This document shows positions 16,665 to 29,624 of a stretch of 64,000 nt of DNA, in pieces. The position numbers and the translations under genes were made by a program. Below the pieces are notes generated by a model. It saw nothing but the letters and a program-made list of their open reading frames with translations. It did not search any database and was not told the DNA's origin. The stretch is from the human T2T-CHM13v2.0 reference genome, Homo sapiens. The stretch is taken from NCBI RefSeq assembly GCF_009914755.1, contig NC_060940.1. The stretch is one strand, 5' to 3'. Within the stretch, counting starts at the first letter, position 1. Every line of letters starts with the position of its first letter.

Positions 16665-17478
16665 TCACAATCATTAGCTGTACTCTTCTCCTATTTTTCA
16701 GATGAGTAAACTGAAGTTTAAAAGGGGAAGTGGCTTTCCCAAGGACACACTGTGAGTACATGACAGCAAAAGCAGAAAGTGTCCTTAATTATAGCAGTTA
16801 TCATGACAAGAACTAACACTTATTGAGTAATTACTATTTGCTAAGCACTATCCTAAAGGCTTCATACTAATTGTTGAATTAATCTTCATGACATTTTCTG
16901 AATTAGTTGATATTTGTACACCCATTAAACGGTAAAAATTACCAACTCTTAAATTTTTAAGAGTTTATAACATACACAACTTTAGACTAGAGTTTAGTCA
17001 TCAGATCTAAACTGAGTCATAAAAACTTACTAGAGAATGGAAGAGAGGAGGATGTGAAATTCTCAGAGAAAGCAAGGTTTTGCTTCATTCTATAATTACA
17101 GAGGCTTGAAACCAAAGGGGAGAAGTGAAGGTACCCAGACAACACCTCAGCCAAGAATCAGGAGACCTGGGTTCTATTCCATGCCTGATTTTGTGCACTG
17201 AACTTCTCTTGATAGAGCCAAATGTTACATGAGGGCTCATTAATAACATCTTCCCTACCTACCTATGTGACATGTAGTATAAAAGGAGACACTTCTAAAA
17301 GCAAGGTCCTTGATCAGGTAAAGACCCCATTAAAATTTAAACTATCTTAAAGGCTATTGTATACTCTACCAAGGCTACACTTACTGTTTTGTACCAGCCA
17401 CCTTGCTGTATTCACCTGAACAAGACATATTCAAAGGACACCCAGGCAAACCAGAAAAATACCTTTAAAAAGAAAGGA

Positions 17479-17790
17479 GGCCGGGTATGGTGGCTCACAC
17501 CTATAATCCCAGCACTTTCGGAGGCTGTGGCGGGTGAACACCTGAGGTCAGGAGTTCAAGACCAGCTTGGCCAGCATGGCGAAACCCTGTCTCTACTAAA
17601 AATACAAAAATTAGCCAGGCATGGTGGCAGGCACCTGTAGTTCCAGATACTCAGGAGGCTGAGGCATAAGAATCACTTGAACCCAGGAGGCGGGGGCTGC
17701 AGTGAGCCAATATCATGCCGTTGTACTCAAGCCTGGGTGACAAGAGTGAAACTCTGTCTCCAAAAAAAAAAGAAAAAAGAAAAGAAAGAA
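17479..17790 (+). mobile_element. AluS
   Basis: ggccgggtatggtggctcacacctataatccc ... A-rich tail; TSD aagaaagga. Confidence 0.95.
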
Positions 17791-18163
17791 AGGAAACACT
17801 GGTCTATCCAACGGATAGCAAAAAGTACTTAGACAATTCACATAAGATCAAAGCCTTTCTTCTGGGCAATATGCTTGATTAATGGACATCCCATTAGCTC
17901 AACCCTGTCTTTGAGTTATGCATTTCATGAATATGTTCTCTGTTTGAATATCCCATTTTTGGCAAATCCACACATTGGAGTGTTACCTAAGCACTAAAGT
18001 GATGTCTATGGAAATCCAACATCATCACAGGAAAATTCTTATGCTTCCATGTCATATGAAAAAAGTAGGTTACACAGTAGTACAAACAGAATAATCACAG
18101 CTATATAAAAACAGATGAGCTTATGAAATAACTGTATGGAAAAACAATGAAATATGAAGCATA

Positions 18164-18437
18164 GGACAGGTGCAGTGGCTCATTCCTGTAATCTCAGCAC
18201 TTTGGGAAGCCAAGTTGGGTGGATCCCCTGAGGTTGGGAGTTTGAGACCAGCCTGGCCAACATGGAGAAACCCCATTTTTACTAAAAATACAAAAATGAG
18301 CTGGGCATGGTGGCATGCACCTGTAATCCCAGCTACACAGGAGGCATAAGAATAGCTTCAATCTGGGAGGTAGAGGTTGCAGTGAGCCAAGATCGCACCA
18401 CTGCACTCCAGCCTAGGTGACAGAATGTGACTCTGTC
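18164..18437 (+). mobile_element. AluS
   Basis: ggacaggtgcagtggctcattcctgtaatc ... gtgactctgtc. Confidence 0.93.
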
Positions 18438-18448
18438 GAGAGAAAGAG

Positions 18449-18479
<31 letters not shown>

Positions 18480-18660
18480 GGAAGAAAGAAAGAAAGAAAG
18501 AAAGAGAGAAACAGAAAGAGAAAAAGGGGGGAGAGGGAGAGATAGAAAGAAAGAAAGAGAGAGAGAGAAAGAGAGGGAGGGAGAGAGAAGAGAGAAAGAA
18601 AGAGAAAGAAATAAAGGAGGAAACGAGGAAAGGAAGAAAGGAAAGAAAGAAAGAAGCAAG
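18438..18660. repeat. (GA)n/(GAAA)n purine tract grown from the Alu tail
   Basis: Direct reading. Confidence 0.9.
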
Positions 18661-18849
18661 CTATTTTGGAACGGTGAAAAACATGTTTTCTTTTTTACAT
18701 TTTTAGGGTTTTTCCCCAAATTATCTAGTAAGTACATACTACTTATGTAATTGGCAACACAGACACACACACACGCATCAAACAACATTGATTTACATGA
18801 TATACATCATCTCTATATCCATGAAGGTGGGCAGATTTGACAGAACAAT

Positions 18850-19003
18850 TTTTTAAGAGACACGCTCTTGCTCTGTTGCCCAGGCTGGGTTGCAGTGATG
18901 TGATCATGGCTCATGGCAGACTGGACCTCCTGGCCTCAAGTGATACTCCCACTTTGGCCTTTCAAAGTGCTGGGATTACAGGTGTGCGACACCATACTCA
19001 AGC
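18850..19003 (-). mobile_element. Alu monomer (FRAM/FAM-like)
   Basis: Single ~155-nt arm. Confidence 0.75.
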
Positions 19004-21099
19004 TGGAAAACATAATTTTGAGTAACAGAAGTGGGTTGTAAATGACACCTGCTTATCAATGCTTTCCTTTATCTCAGGATCACAGACTGCCTGTCTTGAA
19101 TCACTCTCTTCACCATTGTATCCCACCCCCACATCCTGTCAGTGACTTGTACTCAACCACTCTGCTTCTGTCAACCCAGACCACCATAGAGACTTTACTC
19201 TCTTGCCTAGAGGCTGGATGACCTGCTGTCATCCACCACCCTTAGTGGGGGGGTAGTAGGAGGCCACATCTGTGTATATTTACATGTGATGATTAGTGAC
19301 CTCAACACTGTACAGTCATGGGATATGTGCCAGCTCCATCTCCACCAATTACCCAGAATGGAGGGGGTTGGGCTAGAGTTAAAACTGCCACAAATATGAT
19401 AGAAATGTGTCCTAAGTACATTAAAGTTGATGGAATGTCCAGATACCATTTCCTTCTTAGTATACATGGCTCTGAAAAATGTGTCAAAATCGAATTCTCT
19501 TTTTCTTTCTGGTCGCTGTTGGCCATGCACTGATGCCCTTTCCCTACCTCTGTTCATTTGTATCACCTTCATTCTATGTTCCTTCCCTTCTTCCCCTATC
19601 ACAGGCTCTTCCTTCACCTGGTCAAGATTTCTGGAAGATTAGAGAGAAGTTTTAGGTGCCCCAGGTTTAAGATTCAAGGTCACAGGCATATAGTGGCATT
19701 CTTTGGTCTCCCTGGAAACCTCAGCCAGTTTATGAGTTATCTCACCCATATCCCTGAACATGAGGTATATTTCTAAATACAAATGATCAATGACGCATTT
19801 TCACCCAACAAGCACCCACTAAGTGCCTACTGTGCACAAGACATGGAACTGGGCCTTGGGGACACAGGATGAAAAAGGCACGCAGCAAAGGCAATAGTTG
19901 AATTTATCACAGTAATTATGGAATTGCAGACCAGCTTGTAATTGGGAACGTCTGTTGGTTCCTATTACAGCCCTTGTGTGGGTGTGCAGGGGATGTGACT
20001 TAACTACACAGACTGAGAAATGGTCCCCATGTGATCTCTCTTAGTGCTCCACCACCACCCAAGAGAGGGAATGACTCACAAAAACAAATACGGGGAAAGG
20101 GATCCAACAAATTGTCCAGTTTACCAGCTCTACAATTTCCCAGTATAGCCGGTGGATGTGAGCACAGCCATGCGAGTCAGAGCTGTGTCCAGGTCCTGGG
20201 TTGGCTCCTGTCCACCACGCAGACTCAGACAAATCTCATCCAGCACTTAAAAATAAATTTCCTTTCTTCCCACCAATGATTTGACAGTTTGGGAGCTTAA
20301 TTGACAGCATGGCCATTTCTCGCTACACATCAGGCCAAATGATTTTTCCAATTTTCTCTGCATGTCTTTATCACCCAACTAACAGACCAGAAAGGAAGAT
20401 TTCTCAGCTCATTTCCGGTTACCTGGTATTCTTAGAAGATCCCACCACTTGCCAGAAGTGAGAAACAAAAAGGTTTCACACAATCATGTTGTCTAACAGG
20501 AATTCTTTTTGCAACTGATCAGCCTTCCTCAAAGACGTTCCCTATAGGAAATGCAATTGATCTAATCTTCTTTAATGTTGGGATTAGTGGATCCTAGCAA
20601 TTCTCTATTGCTCTCACGAGTCAGACTTTCATTTCATCCAGACACAGTAAACTCCTCATATCCCCAAGCGGAAGAAGGAAAGCTGCAAGCTACTATCTCC
20701 TCACAGAAACCAAAAACGTGAATTTGAACCTGTTAAGCTGTTGATAGTCTTCAGTAGAAAAGTCAATTCTTTTAAAGACAGCAATTTATTTTGATTTCTC
20801 TTCCTCATACAAATGTGACTCAGTACTTGGGGATCTACTTGTTTTCAGCTCCAGGGCTTTTGATTTTAAAGACTCTAAACTCCTATTATTGATTCTGGAG
20901 CACACGGGGCCTCAGTTGATTGCCCTATTGAAACACAGAGGGTATTGTTATCATAGGGGAGGTGTCCCACTGAAGTTAGACTCTGCTTTGTGCCAGCCAC
21001 TTTGCTTTCTTCATCGGGCCAAGTTCTGCTCAAAGAACACCCACCCAAATTAGAACATCCTCTGACAACTTTCCCACATCATCCCCTCCATCCTCCTTG

Positions 21100-21515
21100 T
21101 AACTCATCACTCTCTAGCACTGCACTGGGTTTCATTCCGTTTCCCAAACTCCCAAGCTCCTTTCCTCCCCAGGGCCTTTGCACCTGCCATTGCCTCTACC
21201 TGGAAGGCTTTGCCCAGATATTCACATGTCTGGCTTCTTCTCATCCTGTATATATCACCTTAAATCTTATCTGTGTGAGCTAAAGTAACCCCACATACCC
21301 CGATGTACTCTCTTCTCACACCACTCTCTTTCTGTTCATCACAAGGTTTATTACAACATGGGGTCACCCATTTCTTCCTGGTCGAATTGTTTTCTAACCA
21401 CGTAAGTTCCATGATGGAAAGGTCCTAGTCTTTTGCCCTCCCTGTTCATCCATGTATCCCCTGTGCCCAGCAATGTGCCTAACATGCAAACTGTGCTTAA
21501 TGCACATTCATTCAT
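21100..21515 (+). mobile_element. L2 3' fragment
   Basis: cagggcctttgcacctgccattgcctctacctggaagg ... gtatcccctgtgcccagcaatgtgcctaacatgc. Confidence 0.65.
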
Positions 21516-21821
21516 TCTGTATTAAAACAATTTATTTATAACAATTTTACTTATAACAATGTCTGTGTTATTTCACTGTAAAGGAATTCAGCAAAAATCA
21601 TTAAAACATTCCTGACCCCAAAACATGGTCTGTTTCACACAATTATGAATCATGATGAATTATGAATCATGAATCATGGGATGTACACTTGCCCTTCCTT
21701 GGTGGGCCCCACCTCTTCCTCATCTCCAGGAGAGTGGAGGCTGGGGGACTGCTTATCAAAAAAAAACTTCATCCCAGGGAGCCACAGTGGGGACACTGGA
21801 GAAAGCAAGGGCCTTTTTAGG

Positions 21822-21926
21822 AGGGGCATATTTATTTATTCCATGATGTATTCAGGATTTCAACTTCAAAGAGGCTGACATTTGTGACCTCACTGATAAA
21901 ATTTTCTCCAAACCAAAACAGGCCTT
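21822..21926 (+). repeat. 105-bp segment duplicated at 23314-23418
   Basis: 104/105 identical (cactg vs cattg). Confidence 0.97.
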
Positions 21927-22784
21927 CACAATACATTTAGCAATCACATATTATATCTTTAAAATCCTGATCTCAAGGACTGAGATCTGGGCACTTGCAT
22001 CTTGTGTGATAATAGCTGAGACTGGAGTTTGAAACGAGGAAGTAAAAATCTCTCTTCCTAGTCATGAAACAAACATTGGTGTGTCATGCTGTGCCCTTGT
22101 AACTGAGGGTGCAAATATTAATAAGTCACATTCCCTATATGTAGGTGGCTCAGAAGCCAGGGAGAAGACAAACTATACACTGTAAAGACAGGTGATGAGG
22201 GTAGAGAGAGATACACCCAGGTACTGTGGAAGTAGGAAGAGCTAACCCAGCTTGGGGACGCAGGAGCTACACTTAAAGGATGAGTAAGAATTAGGTAAAA
22301 GAAACAGATCAGAAAAGACTCAGAAAACAAATAAAGTTTCCAACAGCAGGCCTTTTTCTTCTGTGAGTCTCCTGTGAGGTGGTGTTTTTGCTTATGTTTG
22401 CATTAGGAAATACCAGGATCAGGGCCTTGGAGGTGGCCATGGAGGTTTCTGTGTCCCCAGAGGGTTTGTAGATTAAGGGGACCTCATAATGGACAATGCC
22501 AGCTCTTTCTTCAATCATAACAAAAGGAGAAATGACACAGATGCAGTGCCTGCTGGCTGTTGCTGAGCTGAGAAACTGCCAGAAGTTCCATTTGCACCTG
22601 GATTGTATCAGAAAGTAACATGCAAGGTGTGTGTTCACTCCCAAATGGAGAGACGTTTTTAACCTTCTTGAGAAGCATAGATCTGGGATCTATAAAAGAG
22701 ATGGAAGAAGAATGTGTGGGGGGAAGGAAAGGGACAGCCAGAAAAGTGGAAACTAAATAATTATTTTTAAAAAGACTAAAGGAA

Positions 22785-23087
22785 GCCGGACACAGTGGCT
22801 CACATCTATAATCCCAGTGACTCAGGAGGCCAAGGCATGAGGATCACTTAAGGCCAGGAGCTTGAGACCAGGCTGAGTAACATAGCAAGACTCTTGTCTC
22901 TAAAAAAAAAAATTAATTAAAACATGAGCCAGACATGGTGGCACAGGCCTGTAGTCTCAGCTATTCAGGAGGTTGAGGTGAGAAGAACACTTGAGCCTAG
23001 GAGTTCAAGAATGCAGTGAGCCGTGATCACACCACTGCACTCCAGCCTGGGGGACAGAGCAAGACCCTGTCATTATATAAAAAAAAT
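22785..23087 (+). mobile_element. AluJ
   Basis: agccggacacagtggctcacatc ... gagcaagaccctgtc. Confidence 0.92.
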
Positions 23088-23720
23088 TAATGTTTTATAT
23101 ATTTTTAACACATAAAAATATATAATGTTTTATATATTTTTAACACATAAAAATATATGTTTTATATATTTTTAACACATAAAAATATATGTTTTATATT
23201 TTTTAACAAAAATATGTAATGTTTTATATATTTTTAACACATAAAAATATATAATGTTTTATACATTTTTAACATATAAAAACATACGTTTTATACATTT
23301 CTAACATAACAGTAGGGGCATATTTATTTATTCCATGATGTATTCAGGATTTCAACTTCAAAGAGGCTGACATTTGTGACCTCATTGATAAAATTTTCTC
23401 CAAACCAAAACAGGCCTTATTTTTATATGTTTTATATATATATAAAAATATATATTTTATATATTTTTAACATGAAAATATATGGTTTATATATTTTTAA
23501 TATATAAAAATATATTGGTTTCTATATTTTAATATATGAAAATGTTTTATATATTTTAACATATAAATATATATTTTATATATAAACTTGTACATTAACT
23601 ATATATTTTATCTATAAACATATAGTTTATATATAAAAATAGTTTATATATAAAATATGTAAAAATATATGTTTTATATATCTCAATATATAAAAATGTA
23701 TAATGTTTATATATTTCTAT
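23075..23720. repeat. Degenerate AT-rich tandem repeat (~30-33 nt, tgttttatatatttttaacacataaaaatata-like)
   Basis: Direct reading; interrupted at 23311-23418. Confidence 0.88.
23314..23418 (+). repeat. Inserted copy of 21822-21926
   Basis: Island of ordinary-complexity sequence inside the AT tract. Confidence 0.97.
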
Positions 23721-24024
23721 TTTCATTTATTTATTTATTTTTGAGTCAGAGTCTCACTCTGTTGCCTAGGCTGGAGTGTAGTGGCTCGATCTCGACTTAT
23801 TGCAACCTCCACCTCCCAGATTCAAGTGATTCTCATGCTTCAGCCTCCTGAGTAGCTGGGATCACAGGCGCCCACCACCATAGCTGGCTAATTTTTGTAC
23901 TTTTAAGAAAGACAGGGTTTAGCCATGTTGCCTAGGCTGGTCTTCAACTCCTGACCTCAAGTAATCTGCCCAGCTTGGCCTCCCAAAGTGCTGAGATTAT
24001 AGATGTGAATCACTGTGTCCAACC
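23718..24024 (-). mobile_element. Alu (S/J-type)
   Basis: gagtcagagtctcactctgttgcctaggctggag ... ggcctcccaaagtgctgagatt. Confidence 0.92.
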
Positions 24025-24180
24025 ATATGTATTTTTAATATATAAAAATACGATGTTTTATATTTTTAATGTATAAAATATGATGTTTTACATATTTTAA
24101 TGTATAAAAATATATGATCTTTTATATTTTTAATATATAAAAACATATGGTGTTTTATATATTTAATACATAAAATATAT

Positions 24181-25203
24181 GTTTTATAATATTTTAAATA
24201 TATAAAATACACTGTTTTATAATATTTTAAATATATAAAATACACTGTTTTATAATATTTTAAATATATAAAATACACTGTTTTATATATTTAAATATAT
24301 AAAATACACTGTTTTATATATTTAAATATATAAAATACACTGTTTTATATATTTAAATATATAAAATACACTGTTTTATATATTTAAATATATAAAATAC
24401 ACTGTTTTATATATTTAAATATATAAAATACACTGTTTTATATATTTAAATATATAAAATACACTGTTTTATATATTTAAATATATAAAATACACTGTTT
24501 TATATATTTAAATATATAAAATACACTGTTTTATATATTTAAATATATAAAATACACTGTTTTATATATTTAAATATATAAAATACACTGTTTTATATAT
24601 TTAAATATATAAAATACACTGTTTTATATATTTAAATATATAAAATACACTGTTTTATATATTTAAATATATAAAATACACTGTTTTATATATTTAAATA
24701 TATAAAATACACTGTTTTATATATTTAAATATATAAAATACACTGTTTTATATATTTAAATATATAAAATACACTGTTTTATATATTTAAATATATAAAA
24801 TACACTGTTTTATATATTTAAATATATAAAATACACTGTTTTATATATTTAAATATATAAAATACACTGTTTTATATATTTAAATATATAAAATACACTG
24901 TTTTATATATTTAAATATATAAAATACACTGTTTTATATATTTAAATATATAAAATACACTGTTTTATATATTTAAATATATAAAATACACTGTTTTATA
25001 TATTTAAATATATAAAATACACTGTTTTATATATTTAAATATATAAAATACACTGTTTTATATATTTAAATATATAAAATACACTGTTTTATATATTTAA
25101 ATATATAAAATATACTGTTTTATATATTTAAATATATAAAATACACTGTTTTATATATTTAAATATATAAAATATACTGTTTTATATATTTAAATATATA
25201 AAA
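24181..25203. repeat. AT-rich minisatellite, 31-bp unit TTTTATATATTTAAATATATAAAA-TACACTG, ~32-33 copies
   Basis: 32 spacers: 24208, 24241, 24274 (33-nt spacing), then every 31 nt to 25173; TATACTG variants at 25111 and 25173. Confidence 0.97.
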
Positions 25204-25404
25204 TATATAATTTCTATATATTTATATATAATGTTTTATATTTTAATATATTAAGATATGTTTTATATTTATTTTAATATACAAAAATGTTTTCTATATT
25301 AAAAATATAAAGATATTTTTTGAATATGTATGTTCAAAAATAAATAAATGAATAAATTAAATTAAACTAGAAAGACTGAAGGGGAGGATTGATTCAACCT
25401 AAGG

Positions 25405-25590
25405 GTTAAAAACATGTCTGTGGAGTCAGTTGGACCACTGTTTGAGTCCTACCTCTTCCATTTCCTAGCTAGATGGCTTTGAACATGTTTCATAATCTTC
25501 CCATAACTCGGTTTTATCATATTTACAATGGGCAAAACTACTCACCTCATATTGCTGGTGGAATTAAATGAATGCAAGTGTGGCACATCT
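25405..25590 (+). mobile_element. MIR
   Basis: ggttaaaaacatgtctgtggagtcag...gtttgagtcctacctcttccatttcctagct. Confidence 0.65.
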
Positions 25591-25759
25591 CTAGGAATTT
25601 ATCTAAGTCTTTTTTAAAATGATTATTGTATTATACCTACTATAACGACGTGTATTTTCTATGACATTTTGTGATTCAAGTACACATATTGTTACTATCG
25701 ATGATCCATGCTATTTCAAAGGGTTGGGCACGTTCAGGTGACAGCATTCCTGCCACTCA

Positions 25760-26059
<300 letters not shown>

Positions 26060-26284
26060 TCAAGGGCCTTTCTGCCACATATCTCAACATATGCATCTAC
26101 TTCTGTGCTAAGACAAACGGGCATAAAGAGAAAACAGAATATAGGGCAGTTCTCCATCCCAGCCGCCCTCATCCCCAGAGGAATCAACCTGCATCTCTGG
26201 AGGCAGTGCCCAGGCACTGATACCTTTACAGCCCCGCAGGTGGTTCTAATGTTCTGCCAGAGTTCAGGACCACGGATGGCAAGG

Positions 26285-26490
26285 AAACAGCATAGACTTT
26301 TAGAATCAGAGAGGTCTGGGTTTGATTCTCCCACTGTACCACTTACTAGCTGTACTAGGCAAGCTCTTAATCCTAAGATCTTCTGTTTTCTCATCTGTAT
26401 AATGAACACAATTCCCCCTACTTCCTAAGGATGCCATGGGAATTCAATAAAGCAATGCATGAAAGGCAAAAGCACAACATAGGTACTCCA
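26285..26490 (+). mobile_element. MIR
   Basis: cttttagaatcagagaggtctgggtttgattctc...ccacttactagctgt...ctcatctgtataatg. Confidence 0.7.
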
Positions 26491-27664
26491 TATTGTTTCT
26501 AAGTATAAAGGAGAGAAAGTGAAAAGGAGAAAGAAGAAAAAGGTGCTAAGATGAAGGAAAAGAGAAAAAGGGAGAGGAAGATGAAGCTAGAGAGTGAAAA
26601 GAAGAGGAGTGGGGGTTGAGACAACACAGAGAAGAGATGGAGCAGGTGGGGAAATTAAAAGCATCATTTTGACCCCAGATACAGTTCTATTTAAGTTGCA
26701 AATTAAGGTGAACTTTTATTAATCCTGCACAGAGGGGAGACTGTCACTGCTTAGCGTACATCAAGACCTGTCAAAATAGAATCGATTGTATTCCCTCGGA
26801 GCAGCAGTCGGCATCTTAGTGCAATCAAATTGAAGGCTGTATATTTTGAACCTTAATTTTATTTGACAGCTTATTGGCGCTATTCACATACACGCTGGGA
26901 GGAAGCTGCCCCCGCACCGCTCTTTCTCCCTTCTCCTCCTGCTCCCACACGCCATTGCTTGACACCACAGGTCACCGCTTTATTTGTAATACCAACCTCG
27001 AGGAAAACACCTCGTGTGAAAAGCTAAGTGCCAAATCCAGGCTTGTCTGTGTTGACCAGACCCACTCACCTCTCCTCCTGTAATGTTTAAGTGTCACCAG
27101 AAATGAATCTCAAACCCTTAAAGAGAATTCAAACATGCCGGACACCAGGAGAGGTGACAGGGTGGGAGGAGAGAAAAGAATCAGTGCTCTCTAAGATTAC
27201 CTCATCATATGGGCTGGAAAATTTTTGCTGGCTATAAAGAAACATTTCCTGTGGCTAATTACAAAATTGTCCAGCATTGCTGATACATTTCTTTTTAAGA
27301 TAGGATGGCGAGTAGAGCAATTTGGTTAAACACACACACACATGTTCATTTATTCACGCTATGATATGTAACAGGCTGGGGAGAATGCTGAGCGCATCAA
27401 ATTCTTCATTCATTCGACATAGATTTATTGAAGACCTACGATGTCCCAGTGCCAGCCTAGGAATAATGATGGCTAAAACAGAATGACTCTTGCCTTCTTG
27501 GAACTGTCAGTCAGTTGTACGACATAGATCAAACCAAAAATACTGAAATATGCAAATAGATAAAGAAATATACAAGTGTTTCCTTTTGGAACATGTTATA
27601 CCAATCCCTTTTCTTTCCATTTGCCTTGGAAGACTCAAACACAACCTTCGAGAGAGGGTGGGTA

Positions 27665-27845
27665 GTTCAGTGGGTAAGAGAATGGCTTTTGAAGTCAAAC
27701 AGAACTAAGTGTAAATCCTGGCTTCATCCACTAGCTGAGTAGCCTTGGGAAAGTCATTCAACCTCTCTGAGCTTCACTTTCTCCATTTGTAAAATGAAGA
27801 GAGCAACAGGGTATGACCTTGAAGACTGCAGTAAGGTTTGAATGA
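27665..27845 (+). mobile_element. MIR
   Basis: ccttgggaaagtcattcaacctctctgagcttcactttctccatttgtaaaatg, MIR core. Confidence 0.75.
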
Positions 27846-28849
27846 GCCAAAAAGTACCAAAAATATAGAGCACAAAACCTGACATGGCATGTAACACATA
27901 TGGTGGCTGCTATTATTTTACTATTGTTGTTAACATTTAAAACATAACTGAACTGTCACCTTACCTGTAAAATCATTCCTGCTTTCCCTAGTAATATAGA
28001 ACTTTGCGCATATCTCCACCGTAGCATTTTATATTATAACCTCAATGACATAACTTTTGAGCACTCCTGTACAGTCAGGAAATGTGCCAATATCACCACT
28101 TAGTTTAATTCCTACAAACTCTACATGGTAAGCATTATTATTCCAACTTCGTAGTTCAGGAAACTGAAACACAGAGAGGTTATGTGACTTGCACAAACTC
28201 ACACAGCAATAAGTGGTGGAACCAGAGTTATAACGTGGGGCTTTCTGAACCCAAAGGTGCTTTCTCGCTATGTACAGTGTTTCTGTGAATTGAGCTACAG
28301 TAACCACGTTATAGCTCCAACACTCTTCCTTCCTTGCAGACATGTTTCCTAAAGTCCCAAGATAATGTAAATTAAGGCAAAGACTAGCAGAATCTTTGGT
28401 GATGTCATTGACCACATCACAACCCCCACACCATGGGAGTCAGGCAAAAGTTTCAGTCCAACGCTCGCTCATGGAGAGAAAAGTTGCAAAGGTTTATGAG
28501 CCCCCAGAGTGCAATAACTTCCTAAATCTTCTCCAAGTTCTACTCCCTGTTCCTGACACATCCAAGTATCCATGGGTCAGCCAAGGAGGTTGAAGATGAG
28601 TGGTAGGTAGAGAGAACTCGATCAGGAGCTGAAGCTGCTGTGTCAACACTGCCCTAGGTCCCAAGAGCTCTTACCTTCTTTTCTCATCTGATAGACCCTT
28701 CGGCACCCCACTGCAAACACCAAAAATCTCAACTACTAAATCGTATATACCAGATAAAGGAGAACAGACATTCTTCACTTTCCCTGCCTATATTCCTATT
28801 TACAAGGGACTATAACTGAGGCCAGTGTTTGTAGACAGGTTTAGCAGAG

Positions 28850-29260
28850 TCATTCATTCCATAAATATGTGTTGAGTGGTTACTAGGTTCCAAGCACTGT
28901 GCTAGACACTGAGAATACTGTAATGGAAGTGATAAAATGTTTGCTTGCATGAAATTTTTGTGCTAATTGAGAAGACACATGAGTCAAATGATTACACAAA
29001 AACATATGTTCATACAAATTGGGAGGAAGAAATGAAACATGGGTCTAAGAGAGCATATAGGAGAAAAGATATCAGAGACATCTTCCCTGAGGAGGTGACA
29101 CTTAAGCTGAAATTGGAAATTCAGGATGAGTTGCATCGTGGCAGTTGTGGGAAGGAATTGTGGAGGAGCAGAGAAGGAAAGAGCACTCCAGATAGGTGGA
29201 GACCAGAAAATGCAAAGCCTTGTAGGCTCTATTAAGAAGTTGGGATTTACCTTAAGGGTT
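28850..29260 (-). mobile_element. L2 3' fragment
   Basis: cattcattccataaatatgtgttgagtggttactaggttccaagcactgtgctagacactgag ... cttccctgaggaggtgacacttaagctga. Confidence 0.7.
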
Positions 29261-29624
29261 TGCTACAGACTGAATATTTGCGTCCCTCCAAAATTCATAG
29301 GTTGAAATCCTAACCCCTAATGTGGTGGTGTTAGGAGGAGGGGTCTTTGGGAGCTGATTAGGTCATGAAGGTGGAGCCCTCATGAATGGGGTTAGTGCTT
29401 TTATGAAAGAGGCCCCAGAGAGACCCATTGCCTTTTCCACCATATCAGTATGCAACAAGAAGATTGCTGTCTATGAACCAGGAAGCAGCTCTCACCAGAC
29501 GCTAAATCTGCTGGCACCTTGATTTGGACTTCCCAGTCTCCAGAAGCATGAGAAACAAGTTTCTGTGGTTTATAAGCCACCCAGTCTATGGTATTCTGTT
29601 ACAGCAACCCAAATGGACTAAGAG
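29261..29624 (+). mobile_element. MLT1A0-like MaLR solo LTR
   Basis: tgctacagactgaatatttgcgtccctccaaaattcataggttgaaatcctaaccc ... tataagccacccagtctatggtattctgttacagcaacccaaatggactaaga. Confidence 0.85.

Noticed and set aside
16944-16965. 10-bp-arm hairpin aactcttaaa-tt-tttaagagtt, and short tandem doublets near 2735, 21645 and 63440
   Set aside because: Short, mostly AT-rich, and expected by chance or ordinary slippage in 64 kb.
18333-18788. E/R/K-rich and S/L/F-rich ORFs (also 53549-54041 and 35383-35911)
   Set aside because: Translations of simple repeats that lack stop codons.
24181-25203. CRISPR-like palindromic repeat plus spacer array
   Set aside because: Spacers are 7 nt and essentially identical, there are no cas genes, and the DNA is a primate intron. 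It is a minisatellite.
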